Positions 50,073 to 58,843 of a stretch of DNA of 64,000 nucleotides are shown in pieces. The notes beneath the pieces are model-generated. The model saw only the letters and a program-made list of their open reading frames with translations. It did no database searches and was not told the origin of the DNA. Each line of letters starts with the position of its first letter. The first letter of the stretch is position 1. The position numbers were made by a program, and so were the translations under genes. The stretch is from Thermoproteota archaeon (lineage in GTDB: Archaea > Thermoproteota > EX4484-205 > JAAOZP01), in the NCBI GenBank assembly GCA_038861395.1, contig JAWCDE010000001.1, forward strand, positions 73,144 to 137,143, written 5' to 3'.

Positions 50073-50468
50073 GTGGTGAAAAATACTATGGATTCTTGGG
50101 AAAGTATGTTAGCAATAATCTTAAGCTTCTTTCTAGTTATACCCGTGGTTGCTGCTTCCCAATATTTGAGGTTGAAATTCAAATCATTATCCGATATCGA
50201 TGAGGATTTGAGAATAGAGGTTAATGCACTTACGATACTTGACCAAGAACATGAGATCAAAAATATGCTCGAGAAATTGATTAAATTTCTAAATTCTGAT
50301 GAAGTAGAATGGGTGAGTATAGAGCTTTCCAGCGAGAAGCATGGGAGGATTACAATAAGGAATGAAAGAGTTTCAATAGAGTCTTGGAAGCAGGTCAAAT
50401 ATGTCAAAGTCTTAAAGATCATGGGCGAAGATGTATTGTATCTTACGATAGGGATTAGAAATGATTAA
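50073..50468 (+). CDS. Small protein with N-terminal signal/TM (pilin-like candidate)
   Basis: 131 aa. MLAIILSFFLVIPVVAAS then a soluble domain. Confidence 0.35.
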   Translation: MVKNTMDSWESMLAIILSFFLVIPVVAASQYLRLKFKSLSDIDEDLRIEVNALTILDQEHEIKNMLEKLIKFLNSDEVEWVSIELSSEKHGRITIRNERVSIESWKQVKYVKVLKIMGEDVLYLTIGIRND

Positions 50469-50964
50469 AACCTGGCTTATTGTAGTGTTTGTTTCAATTC
50501 TCATAATGATTGTTCTACTTGCAGTAAACCTCATGCTCTTAGTAAATGTTGAGCTTTCAGTAAATTTCTTAAAACAAAAAAGGAAAGCGATAATCGCTGA
50601 TTCCTGTATAGATGATTTCTTTAAAAGTATTAGCACAATTCTGGATGATAGCATAAGTAGTTCGAGAGGGAATTTTTCAATTATGAGGGAAACCTTAGAA
50701 AAGAGGATTGAAAAATTAATGGAAAAAGTTTCAAAAACCAAAGGATTTTTAGAAGAATGCGGATTAAAAATCTGCTTTGAAAACTCTATTGTTTTCCTCA
50801 ATAATACTGAAGAATACGTTATCCAAATAGCTGTTAAGGCTTATGCAGAAGACTGCGAAGGATTTTTCTCAATTAGGCGTAGTAGCAATATAGTACGTTT
50901 CCTTCGTCAAGAAATCTGTGAAGAATCGAATATTGCTGAACTTTTTCCAAACAATTCCTCATAA
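50461..50964 (+). CDS. Small protein with N-terminal TM helix (pilin-like candidate)
   Basis: 167 aa. WLIVVFVSILIMIVLLAVNLMLLV. 8-nt overlap with the preceding gene. Confidence 0.35.
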   Translation: MIKTWLIVVFVSILIMIVLLAVNLMLLVNVELSVNFLKQKRKAIIADSCIDDFFKSISTILDDSISSSRGNFSIMRETLEKRIEKLMEKVSKTKGFLEECGLKICFENSIVFLNNTEEYVIQIAVKAYAEDCEGFFSIRRSSNIVRFLRQEICEESNIAELFPNNSS

Positions 50965-51836
50965 GTTTCTCTAACACTGTATTCTGCATATCCTATGTAC
51001 TCTGCTAATTCCCTTTGAGTAACGGGGTTTTTGATGTTTAAGATTGATGCTGCTTCTTTAGATGCTGCGTAAATTATAGAAGCTATGCATATCATCGGGT
51101 TCTTGCTTCTAAAAAAATAATGTTTGGCTCTTAAATCTTTGAGAATTCTTAATGAGATTGTTTTAAGATTATTGATAAAATTGACTTTGTCTTCAGGTTT
51201 AAGCTTTTCCAGACGGCTATTATTCCTCATGATCATAGAGGTGATTTCAATAATTGTCTTATCAGCATCGTTTTTCGTTTCCATAAGGCCTATCTCTCTT
51301 GCTGCAGACATTACTTGAAGAATATCCCTGGTTTTAACTTTAAGACCGATGCTTTGCAAATATATCCTTATCTTCTTGTAATGAGGAGCTATGCTTAAGC
51401 CATGGAACCTTGCTGCAACAACTACAGAATACGTTGCAATAGCTGCTCTATTAGGTCTTTCACGATTTTGTCTGAATACATGAAGCAGGCTTAAACCAAT
51501 CCGATGCGATTCCAGTCTTATTGAGGGACCTAAATGGAATGTATCACACAATTTATCTATTAACCATTTTAATTCGCTTTCGCTTTTATTAGAGGGGGAT
51601 ATGCTCTTTTGGAGGCTGGAGATTTTTCTAAGAGAGTTTTTCTCTATAATAATGCTCCCGTAATGAGGTTCTTTTTGAATAATGTGATTCGGACTTGGAT
51701 GGGCCACATATCTGTTCGAAGCACTAACAACTAGACCGCATCTGCTGCAAACAAGCTCATTATCCGAACTTATAATGGGGGAGTTACAGTTAGGGCATTT
51801 CGTAAAGTCTTGGACTACTTCTTGGCGCATCTTCAA
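50907..51836 (-). CDS. tfb: Transcription factor B (TFIIB) paralog, divergent
   Basis: N-terminal TFIIB zinc ribbon (CPNCNS...CSRCG) followed by two cyclin-like repeats (RPNRAAIATYSVVVAARFHG... and ...NPMICIASIIYAASKEAASILNIKNPVTQRELAEYIGYAEYSVRETYEEL). 309 aa. AT-rich. Confidence 0.72.
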   Translation of the reverse strand: MKMRQEVVQDFTKCPNCNSPIISSDNELVCSRCGLVVSASNRYVAHPSPNHIIQKEPHYGSIIIEKNSLRKISSLQKSISPSNKSESELKWLIDKLCDTFHLGPSIRLESHRIGLSLLHVFRQNRERPNRAAIATYSVVVAARFHGLSIAPHYKKIRIYLQSIGLKVKTRDILQVMSAAREIGLMETKNDADKTIIEITSMIMRNNSRLEKLKPEDKVNFINNLKTISLRILKDLRAKHYFFRSKNPMICIASIIYAASKEAASILNIKNPVTQRELAEYIGYAEYSVRETYEELFGKSSAIFDSSQIS

Positions 51837-51953
51837 AGTAACATAGTCTGTTAATCGATAAAAGCTACTATGAAATAGAGTTATGCTCTAAAGTAAATAA
51901 CATGCTTCAGAAAGTATTAAAAATAGGGAGTGGAGTGTAAAAATGGGTTAAAA

Positions 51954-52373
51954 ATGATGAGGGCAGGATTCACAACAGAAGTCAACCGCTTGATAGGGAA
52001 AAAGGTTGTCGTAGTTACTCAGGGTGGTGAAGAATTCTCTGGGGTTTTAGCATCTTTAGACATAGACACTTTTTCGGTTATTCTGAATGACGTAGAGCTA
52101 AGAGGGGGCGGTGTGTTGCCAAAAATTATACTTAATGGTAGAGATGTAAAAAGAATAGAGCTTAAAAGAGCAATCGTTGACCTGAGGAAGCTGGCGGAGA
52201 GAATAGAAAGGGTATTTCCTAAAATGGTGCAGTATAATGAAGAAGCAGGGGTAATAATAGTGATGAATAGAATAAGGGTTACTGAAGACGGTGTTGTAGA
52301 AGGAAGTGGCCTTGCTGCGGAAAAGGTCAGCGAGATATATAATGAATTTGTTAAAGAGATTTCAGAGTCCTAA
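51954..52373 (+). CDS. Sm-like (LSm) protein with C-terminal extension
   Basis: Sm1/Sm2 pattern (LIGKKVVVVTQGGEEFSGVLASLDIDTFSVILNDVEL) plus about a 70-aa C-terminal domain. An alternative start lies at 51930. Confidence 0.5.
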   Translation: MMRAGFTTEVNRLIGKKVVVVTQGGEEFSGVLASLDIDTFSVILNDVELRGGGVLPKIILNGRDVKRIELKRAIVDLRKLAERIERVFPKMVQYNEEAGVIIVMNRIRVTEDGVVEGSGLAAEKVSEIYNEFVKEISES

Positions 52374-53005
52374 GCTTCCTTCAAATATTTTTTAAGGAAA
52401 TTCTTAATATTACTATACGCGGTTTGAGCAGCTGTTAAATCAGCTTCTTCGCCCTTCGTTTCAACAAGTATGCATGCACTGTTTAAACCATGTAGGCTTG
52501 CGAGGCCTGGAACTAAACCGGCGGCGCCGACAACAGTTCCCCTCAGCGGTAAAAACCCTAATGAAGCCCCAATCATAGAGGCCCGCCAATCAGATGAGGA
52601 GAGATATACTTTTCTTTTATCACCTACGTGTGGGATAGCATATCCACCTACACCAATAACGATCTTAACAAAGTGTTTCTCAGCAGTCTCAACAAGATTT
52701 TCAGCCAACTCGTACTGGTTGATTTGAACAGTAGGTTGCGAAGTTCCTCTAACTATCAGTAGATCTCCTATTTCTCTCAAACGAACTTTGTTAACGCTTA
52801 TTTTAGGCAAGGCTATTAGCCCCTCCTTAGATGCTACTGAAACGTAAAGAAGCGATTCTGGGTAAAATTCTAACACCGGAGTATTTTCAGAAGCCGATTC
52901 AGTTAAGAGTTCTCCAGTTAAGGAGCCTACTAGACCAATACCAGGCAAACATATCATCATACAATCAGCAGTTCCCATTCTGTTATTTAGAACCTTTTTC
53001 AGCAT
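52370..53005 (-). CDS. PAC2-family (proteasome assembly chaperone-like) protein
   Basis: 211 aa. The N-terminal MMICLPGIGLVGSLTGE resembles the PAC2 G-rich motif. Confidence 0.45.
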   Translation of the reverse strand: MLKKVLNNRMGTADCMMICLPGIGLVGSLTGELLTESASENTPVLEFYPESLLYVSVASKEGLIALPKISVNKVRLREIGDLLIVRGTSQPTVQINQYELAENLVETAEKHFVKIVIGVGGYAIPHVGDKRKVYLSSSDWRASMIGASLGFLPLRGTVVGAAGLVPGLASLHGLNSACILVETKGEEADLTAAQTAYSNIKNFLKKYLKEA

Positions 53006-53086
53006 CTCCCAGTAAGATTCTACCCCTCCCTATTAAACCTTAAATAATGGTGTGAGGTGGATGCTTGATAAAAGAGGATTAGAAAA

Positions 53087-54343
53087 ATGCTTATAAAATT
53101 TTTAGGGGGTGTTCGCGAAGTAGGAAGGTCTGCCATATATTTGGCGGATGAAGGGAAGCGTTTTCTCCTAGACGCGGGTGTCATGCTTTCAGGAAGGGAA
53201 GTAAAGTATCCGATGCATATTCCTCCAAGAGAAGTAGATGAAATAATTATTACTCACGCTCACCTAGACCATGTCGGAGCCGCCCCTATTTTCTTCATAG
53301 GCTTAGGGAGAAGGTCCTTTCTAACCACGCTGACCGCCCCCTTGGCGAAGCTCATCCTATTAGACTTCATAAGAGTATCTAAAGGAGTATTGCCCTTTGA
53401 AATACTTGAAGTAGATAAATTCGTTGAGAAGTCTGAAAAACTTAATTACCATCAGGAGGCTTCAAAGAACGGGTTCAAGCTGACATTTCTTCCGGCTGGT
53501 CATGCTCCTGGAGGAGGCCAAGTCATGCTCGAATTTAAGGGGCGGCGGATACTTTACACAGGTGATATTAATACTGTTGAAACCACCTTGCTTAAGGGTG
53601 CTTTTACAGACTATCCTCCTATAGACATAGCAATTGTAGAAAGTACCTATGCTAATAAGAATCATCCGGTGAGGGAGGATATCGAGAAGGAATTCGTCGA
53701 GAAGCTTGAAGAAGTTGTTGAAAGAAAAGGAATAGCGTTGGTACCTGCTTTCGGAATAGGAAGGTCTCAGGAAGTTATAACGATACTCGCTAAATACTCG
53801 TTTCCATATGAAGTTTACTATGACGGTATGGCTAGAACAGTGACACAGATATTGTTCGAATTCCCAGAATGGCTATCTAACCCGAGCCTTTTGGAGAAGG
53901 CAGCTGGCGAAGTGATATGGATAAATACCCAGAGGCAGAGGGAGTCTGCCTTAAAGAATCCAGGGGTAATAGTTACTCCAGCAGGCATGTTGCAAGGCGG
54001 ACCAGTAAACTTCTATTTGAAGAAAGTAGGAGATTCTAAGAAGAATCTAATAGCTTTTGTTAGCTACCAAGTGAATGGGACTCCTGGAAGGCTTCTATTG
54101 GAGAAGGGAGTAATTACAGTTGATGGAAAACTGGTTAGGGTAAAATCTGAGATAAAACACTTCGAATTATCTTCCCACAGTGGTAAGAGCCAGCTCGAAG
54201 CGCTGATTAAAAAGATTAATGCTGACACGACTTTCATCGTCCACGGCGAATCGGAAAACTGTGAAAGGCTTGCAGAATATGCAAGGAGGATTCTGGGGCT
54301 TAAGGCGTTTGCTCCCAAACTCGGAGAAAGCTATACTCTATAG
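53087..54343 (+). CDS. Beta-CASP metallo-beta-lactamase ribonuclease (aCPSF2-like)
   Basis: A 418-aa protein with ITHAHLDHVG, YTGDIN, ESTYAN and the SSHSGKSQL beta-CASP motif C. Confidence 0.7.
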   Translation: MLIKFLGGVREVGRSAIYLADEGKRFLLDAGVMLSGREVKYPMHIPPREVDEIIITHAHLDHVGAAPIFFIGLGRRSFLTTLTAPLAKLILLDFIRVSKGVLPFEILEVDKFVEKSEKLNYHQEASKNGFKLTFLPAGHAPGGGQVMLEFKGRRILYTGDINTVETTLLKGAFTDYPPIDIAIVESTYANKNHPVREDIEKEFVEKLEEVVERKGIALVPAFGIGRSQEVITILAKYSFPYEVYYDGMARTVTQILFEFPEWLSNPSLLEKAAGEVIWINTQRQRESALKNPGVIVTPAGMLQGGPVNFYLKKVGDSKKNLIAFVSYQVNGTPGRLLLEKGVITVDGKLVRVKSEIKHFELSSHSGKSQLEALIKKINADTTFIVHGESENCERLAEYARRILGLKAFAPKLGESYTL

Positions 54344-54469
54344 TTTTTCAAAGATTTGAAACATTGGGTCAAACGCTTTAGCCAGTCTTAACTACACAAT
54401 GGGAAAAGACTAATAGCCTAATAAACAATACGCGTAGAGGTGTTGCTAGGTGTTAAACTAAAAGGGAAA

Positions 54470-54557
54470 TGGGCCGGGCCGGATTTTCGAAGTTCTTCTC
54501 GAACCGGCGACCTCTGCCGTGTGAGGGCAGCGTCCTAACCATCTGAACGACCGGCCC
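54470..54557 (-). tRNA. tRNA-Val (anticodon CAC) with a 14-nt non-canonical intron inside the T-loop
   Basis: Reverse complement: GGGCCGG-TC-GTTC-AGATGGTTA-GGAC-G-CTGCC-CTCACAC-GGCAG-AGGTC-GCCGG-TTCGA[gaagaacttcgaaa]AT-CCGGC-CCGGCCC-A. All other arms are canonical, and only the T-loop is interrupted. Confidence 0.65.
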
Positions 54558-54895
54558 ACTAGCTTGATTACAAGAATACTCTTATATTCTTTTTCCCCTT
54601 TTTAATAGTCTATCCTTTCTTAGCCCTCATCTCAGTCCTCTTGGGCCTTAAATTCTTGCTGTGGCATTTCCTACACTTTTTAGCAGTAATCGCATTCCTT
54701 GCCCCACACTTTCTGCATATCATGAAGCGGAGCCTCCGCCTCTTTATAATTTCTATCAACACAGGGTCGCTTATCTTCATACCGTTTTCCCAGCCAGCTC
54801 CAAGTTTTTTAAAGATTTACCCGCCGCTTATCTTTCTCAGGCAGAGCTTTAAAACGGGAAGATTTAAAAAGCATTCTTCAAGTCAAAGGTAGCGT

Positions 54896-55390
54896 ATGAA
54901 AATACCTTTCTGCGATTTCTGTGCGAAAAGCGGAAGCCTATGTCAGAAGTGTAAGGAACTTCTGGATAGTGGTAAAAACGATGAGTTAGATTTAGTAGTT
55001 TCCCGGGTTCTTCTTGAGGAAACTAGTAGAATACGGGGTTTGGATAGAATAGAATTTAAAAAAGCCCATAAAGAGGATGATTTCCTACTTCTGTTAAGCA
55101 ATAACGAGGGTGTAAGGATTTTAAGGGACAATAGGGATCTTGTTGAAAAAATTATGAAGGAAACAGGTAGTAAAAAGGTGATTGTAGTAGATTATAAGAA
55201 GGATCAAAAGAGGAAGCTTGAGGAATTAGTATATCCTATCAGAATAGCTGGGTTAAGCAAGTTGTGGTTACCTGGAAACATGACGGAGTTCAGAGTCTTG
55301 ATAGAGAGTAAAGAAATAGAGGAGAAGCATTTACAGAAACTTGAGAAGCTGGCTAAAAGAATCGGAATCAACGTGAGGTTTCAGGCTTAA
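54896..55390 (+). CDS. Zn-ribbon plus KH-like putative RNA-binding protein
   Basis: N-terminal CDFC...CQKC ribbon. The C-terminal region resembles NusA-type KH repeats (VIVVDYKKD..., KRIGINVRF). 164 aa. Confidence 0.4.
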   Translation: MKIPFCDFCAKSGSLCQKCKELLDSGKNDELDLVVSRVLLEETSRIRGLDRIEFKKAHKEDDFLLLLSNNEGVRILRDNRDLVEKIMKETGSKKVIVVDYKKDQKRKLEELVYPIRIAGLSKLWLPGNMTEFRVLIESKEIEEKHLQKLEKLAKRIGINVRFQA

Positions 55391-55404
55391 GAGAATGATG
55401 AGAA

Positions 55405-56697
55405 ATGTTGGATGATAGAAAGAGAAGTATTGACGTAAAGCCGGAGGACGAGGGCAAGACCGTTAAGCTCTATGGATGGGCTCTTGACAGAAGGGATCTT
55501 GGAGGGATAAAATTCATAATTCTAGCTGACCGCTGGGGCAAAATACAGATAGCTTGGGCTAGAAACAAGTCTAATCCTGAAGTCGAGCCGGTACTGGATG
55601 AGATAAAGCTCAATGACGTGATAGAAGTCGTTGGGAGAGTTAAGAAGGTGCCTCAAGCACCAAGGGGGCTGGAAATAGACCCTCTTCAAGTAAGAATTCT
55701 CAACTCTTCAGAGCACCCTCTCCCCCTAGACCCTACTGAGAGAATAAAAAGCAACTTAGATACTCGGCTGGATGCTAGGCCCCTTGACGTATTTAGACCA
55801 AAGGTTAGAAGCATGTTTTTGATAAAAAGTGCTTTACTACAGTTTCTAAGAGAGTTTTTTCATGAAAACGATTTCGTTGAAATAATCACCCCTAGAATAA
55901 TAGCTTCTGCAACAGAGGGAGGTGCAGCACTATTCCCACTACCCTATTTTGATAGGATAGCTTATCTTGCTCAGAGCCCTCAGCTTTTTAAGGAACAGAT
56001 GGTCATAGGTTTTGAAAAAGTTTTCGAAATAGGGCCATTTTTCAGAGCAGAACCCTTTAACACAACTAAACACTTAAACGAATTTACCTCTGTAGATATT
56101 GAAGTAGCCTTCGCAAACATGTATGACGTGATGTCTATTTGCGAGAGAATGATAAAATACGTGCATGAGAAAGTAATTGAGAAATGTAGAGATGAATTAG
56201 AGACTTTAGGAGTAAAAGTAACTATTCCCAAGCTCCCTTTGAAAAGATTTAGATATGATGAGATTATTTCTAAGTTGAATAGTAAGGGTATTAAAGTAGA
56301 GTTCGGAGACGATATTGGAAGCGAGGAGTTGAAGAATCTCGAGGAGTTAATGGAAGAGTATTACTTCATAACTCACTGGCCGAGTAAAGTCAAACCTTTC
56401 TACATAAAGATGAATAGTGATGGCACTTCAGAATCGTTCGACTTAAACTATGGCCCATTGGAACTGGGTTCAGGAGGTACAAGGGAGGAGAATAAGGAGA
56501 AGCTTATAAAACAGTTGATCGAAAAAAACCTGAATCCCAGCAATTTCTCCTACCATCTCAAAGCATTCGGATACGGTATGCCTCCTCATGCAGGATGGGG
56601 AGTTGGTCTTGAGAGGCTCTTAATGAGCATCCTGAAAATAGACAATATAAGAGAAGTTGTTCTCTATCCAAGAGATAGGTTCAGACTGGAGCCTTAA
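55405..56697 (+). CDS. aspS: Aspartyl-tRNA synthetase (archaeal/eukaryotic type)
   Basis: An OB-fold N-terminus and class II motifs (FFRAEP; GWGVGLERLLM). 430 aa. Confidence 0.9.
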   Translation: MLDDRKRSIDVKPEDEGKTVKLYGWALDRRDLGGIKFIILADRWGKIQIAWARNKSNPEVEPVLDEIKLNDVIEVVGRVKKVPQAPRGLEIDPLQVRILNSSEHPLPLDPTERIKSNLDTRLDARPLDVFRPKVRSMFLIKSALLQFLREFFHENDFVEIITPRIIASATEGGAALFPLPYFDRIAYLAQSPQLFKEQMVIGFEKVFEIGPFFRAEPFNTTKHLNEFTSVDIEVAFANMYDVMSICERMIKYVHEKVIEKCRDELETLGVKVTIPKLPLKRFRYDEIISKLNSKGIKVEFGDDIGSEELKNLEELMEEYYFITHWPSKVKPFYIKMNSDGTSESFDLNYGPLELGSGGTREENKEKLIKQLIEKNLNPSNFSYHLKAFGYGMPPHAGWGVGLERLLMSILKIDNIREVVLYPRDRFRLEP

Positions 56698-56702
56698 CAG
56701 CC

Positions 56703-57695
56703 CTATTCTAAAGCCTCCTCTTCTACATCTGCTATTCCGTCTTCGGTAATTTTAAAAAGACACTCTCCCTCAGGCCTATCTAAACTAACTATTAAACGCG
56801 CTACCCTGAGACCTTGTTCACCCCTAGCCTTGCGTAAGTAAACCCTTGTATGGCTTCTATGTGCAAGTATGTGCCCCCCTATGGGGTAGGCGCCTAATCC
56901 GAATATTTCATCAGGCTTAGCCATAACCTGGTTTGTAACCACGATGACTAAGTTAAAAGCTTTAGATAAACGTTCAAGCCTATGCAAGTGAGCGTTCAAC
57001 TTTTGCTGTCTCTTAACCAAGCTCTCCCGACCCAAGTATTCACTCCGGAAGTGAGTCGTTAATGAATCGACTATTACCAGCTTTACGTTTTTGCTCTTAA
57101 TTACCTCGTCTAGCCTTTCTACAATAAGTATTTGATGATCTGAATTAAATGCTTCTGCAACAGTTATATTCTCTACAGTTTTCATCGGGTCTAGGCCAAG
57201 ATGCTTAGCCATGGCAACAATACGCTCCGGCCTGAAACTATTCTCAGTATCGATGTAAATAGCATTGCCGTTTAGCCCTCCTTTTTCCACGGGAAGCTGA
57301 ACGTTTACAGCTAATTGATGACTTATCTGAGACTTCCCGGTTCCAAACTCGCCGAAGAACTCGGTTATAGTCATCGTCTCTAAACCCCCACCAAGAAGGG
57401 TGTCGAGCTTTTTACTCCCCGTAGTAAGCTTCTGGATGTGCTCTCTCTGCTTTAATATGTCGAGTGCAGATACGAATTTAACCTCAATACTGCTTCTAGC
57501 TAAAGATATTATTTTGGCAGCAATCTTATCGGAAATTCCTCCTTCAACAAGCTCATTTATAGTGGCTGTTGCCAATGCTTCAACCGTAGTATAACCTAGC
57601 TCCCTAAGCTTAGCAGCGGTGGAGGGCCCCACACCCGGAATATCCTCTATAGATTCGAAAACTTCTACCTTCTCCCCCTCCTCTTTCTTAACCAT
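56703..57695 (-). CDS. radA: DNA repair and recombination protein RadA
   Basis: An N-terminal HhH region (IEDIPGVGPSTAAKL) and Walker A GEFGTGKSQ. 330 aa. Confidence 0.9.
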   Translation of the reverse strand: MVKKEEGEKVEVFESIEDIPGVGPSTAAKLRELGYTTVEALATATINELVEGGISDKIAAKIISLARSSIEVKFVSALDILKQREHIQKLTTGSKKLDTLLGGGLETMTITEFFGEFGTGKSQISHQLAVNVQLPVEKGGLNGNAIYIDTENSFRPERIVAMAKHLGLDPMKTVENITVAEAFNSDHQILIVERLDEVIKSKNVKLVIVDSLTTHFRSEYLGRESLVKRQQKLNAHLHRLERLSKAFNLVIVVTNQVMAKPDEIFGLGAYPIGGHILAHRSHTRVYLRKARGEQGLRVARLIVSLDRPEGECLFKITEDGIADVEEEALE

Positions 57696-57764
57696 CTTCC
57701 TCTTCAGCCTAGACTATTAGAGCTTCTATGTTAAGATGCTTATAAACATAGTCTACTGTAAAAG

Positions 57765-58463
57765 ATGTTAAGCATTTTGCAAGCTTATAACTCTCGGAGA
57801 CTTTGGAACGACATGAGTCTGGAGTATCAGAAGAAGACTATGGAATTTTACAATGCCGTGGCAGAGGAATTCAACAAGACAAGAGTAAAACCCGATCCTT
57901 TTCTAGAGATGCTGGTAATGAGGAATTTTGCCAGGGGTTCCAGATTCATACTGGATAATGGCTGTGGCAATTGTAGAAACCTCAGACTCTTCAGCGAAAA
58001 AACCGTTTTGATAGCAGGAGATATCTCAATAAGTATGTTGAAACAGTGTATGAAGAATAAATCTGGCTTAAACATCCACTACTTACAGTATGTTTTAACG
58101 CACCTACCCTTCAGAAATAACGTTTTCGATGGGATAGTTTGCATAGCTACTGTACACCACTTGAAGAAGAATGACGTTGTTAAAGCAATGATGGAAATGA
58201 AGAATGTTTTAAAAGATAAGGGTTGGCTACTAGTATCCTCATGGTCTACAAAAATGTTGAGAAGTAAAAAATTCTCGAAGAAAGTCGAAAAGATGGATGA
58301 AGACTACTTTCTAATAAAATGGGGGAAGTACAAAAGGTTCTATTTCCTCATGGATGCTAGGATGCTTAGAAGACTATGCGAAGAAGCAGGCTTTAGAAAT
58401 ATTGTGGCTTTAGAACATGGTATGAATAGTTATGTTCTGGCAGAGGGGAAAGCGAATCATTAA
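57765..58463 (+). CDS. Class I SAM-dependent methyltransferase
   Basis: A motif I-like ILDNGCGNC. 232 aa. The true start may be the internal MSLEY at 57813. Confidence 0.5.
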   Translation: MLSILQAYNSRRLWNDMSLEYQKKTMEFYNAVAEEFNKTRVKPDPFLEMLVMRNFARGSRFILDNGCGNCRNLRLFSEKTVLIAGDISISMLKQCMKNKSGLNIHYLQYVLTHLPFRNNVFDGIVCIATVHHLKKNDVVKAMMEMKNVLKDKGWLLVSSWSTKMLRSKKFSKKVEKMDEDYFLIKWGKYKRFYFLMDARMLRRLCEEAGFRNIVALEHGMNSYVLAEGKANH

Positions 58464-58563
58464 AGATTGTTGAGTTTTTGAGTGGAAATCCTACGAGCCT
58501 TTCATGGTTAGATACAATGTTTAGCAAAAAGATTTATTTCCCCCTGAATGATTTTTTCCTTCA

Positions 58564-58638
58564 GCTCCGATGGTGTAGCCCGGTCAAGCATACGAGCCTC
58601 TCGAGCTCGGGGCCCGGGTTCAAATCCCGGTCGGAGCA
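58564..58638 (+). tRNA. tRNA-Glu (anticodon CTC), intronless
   Basis: GCTCCGA-TG-GTGT-AGCCCGGTCAA-GCAT-A-CGAGC-CTCTCGA-GCTCG-GGGC-CCGGG-TTCAAAT-CCCGG-TCGGAGC-A. Confidence 0.85.
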
Positions 58639-58843
58639 TTTTAAACGAAGCTTTTAAGTCAGGTGAGAGAAATATTTTAGAGCGATTGTTTTAATTTCAG
58701 GAAGGGAATAATATGGGTTGATTGTTTCAGGGCCATTCAAATACTTCTGGTCTTTTACTGTAAAAAATTGACAGGATGTAACTTTAACCCTAGTCCCGTT
58801 AAACGGATAAGTTCAAATATATCAGGAGGCCTACGCTGAAAAG

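Noticed and set aside
43127-51930. Integration of the island into tRNA-Gly (att-site direct repeat)
   Set aside because: I looked for a partial copy of the tRNA-Gly 3' or 5' half near 43.9 kb and near 51.8-51.9 kb and found none. No integrase gene is present. Integration is therefore unproven, and the island lies on the 5' side of the tRNA.
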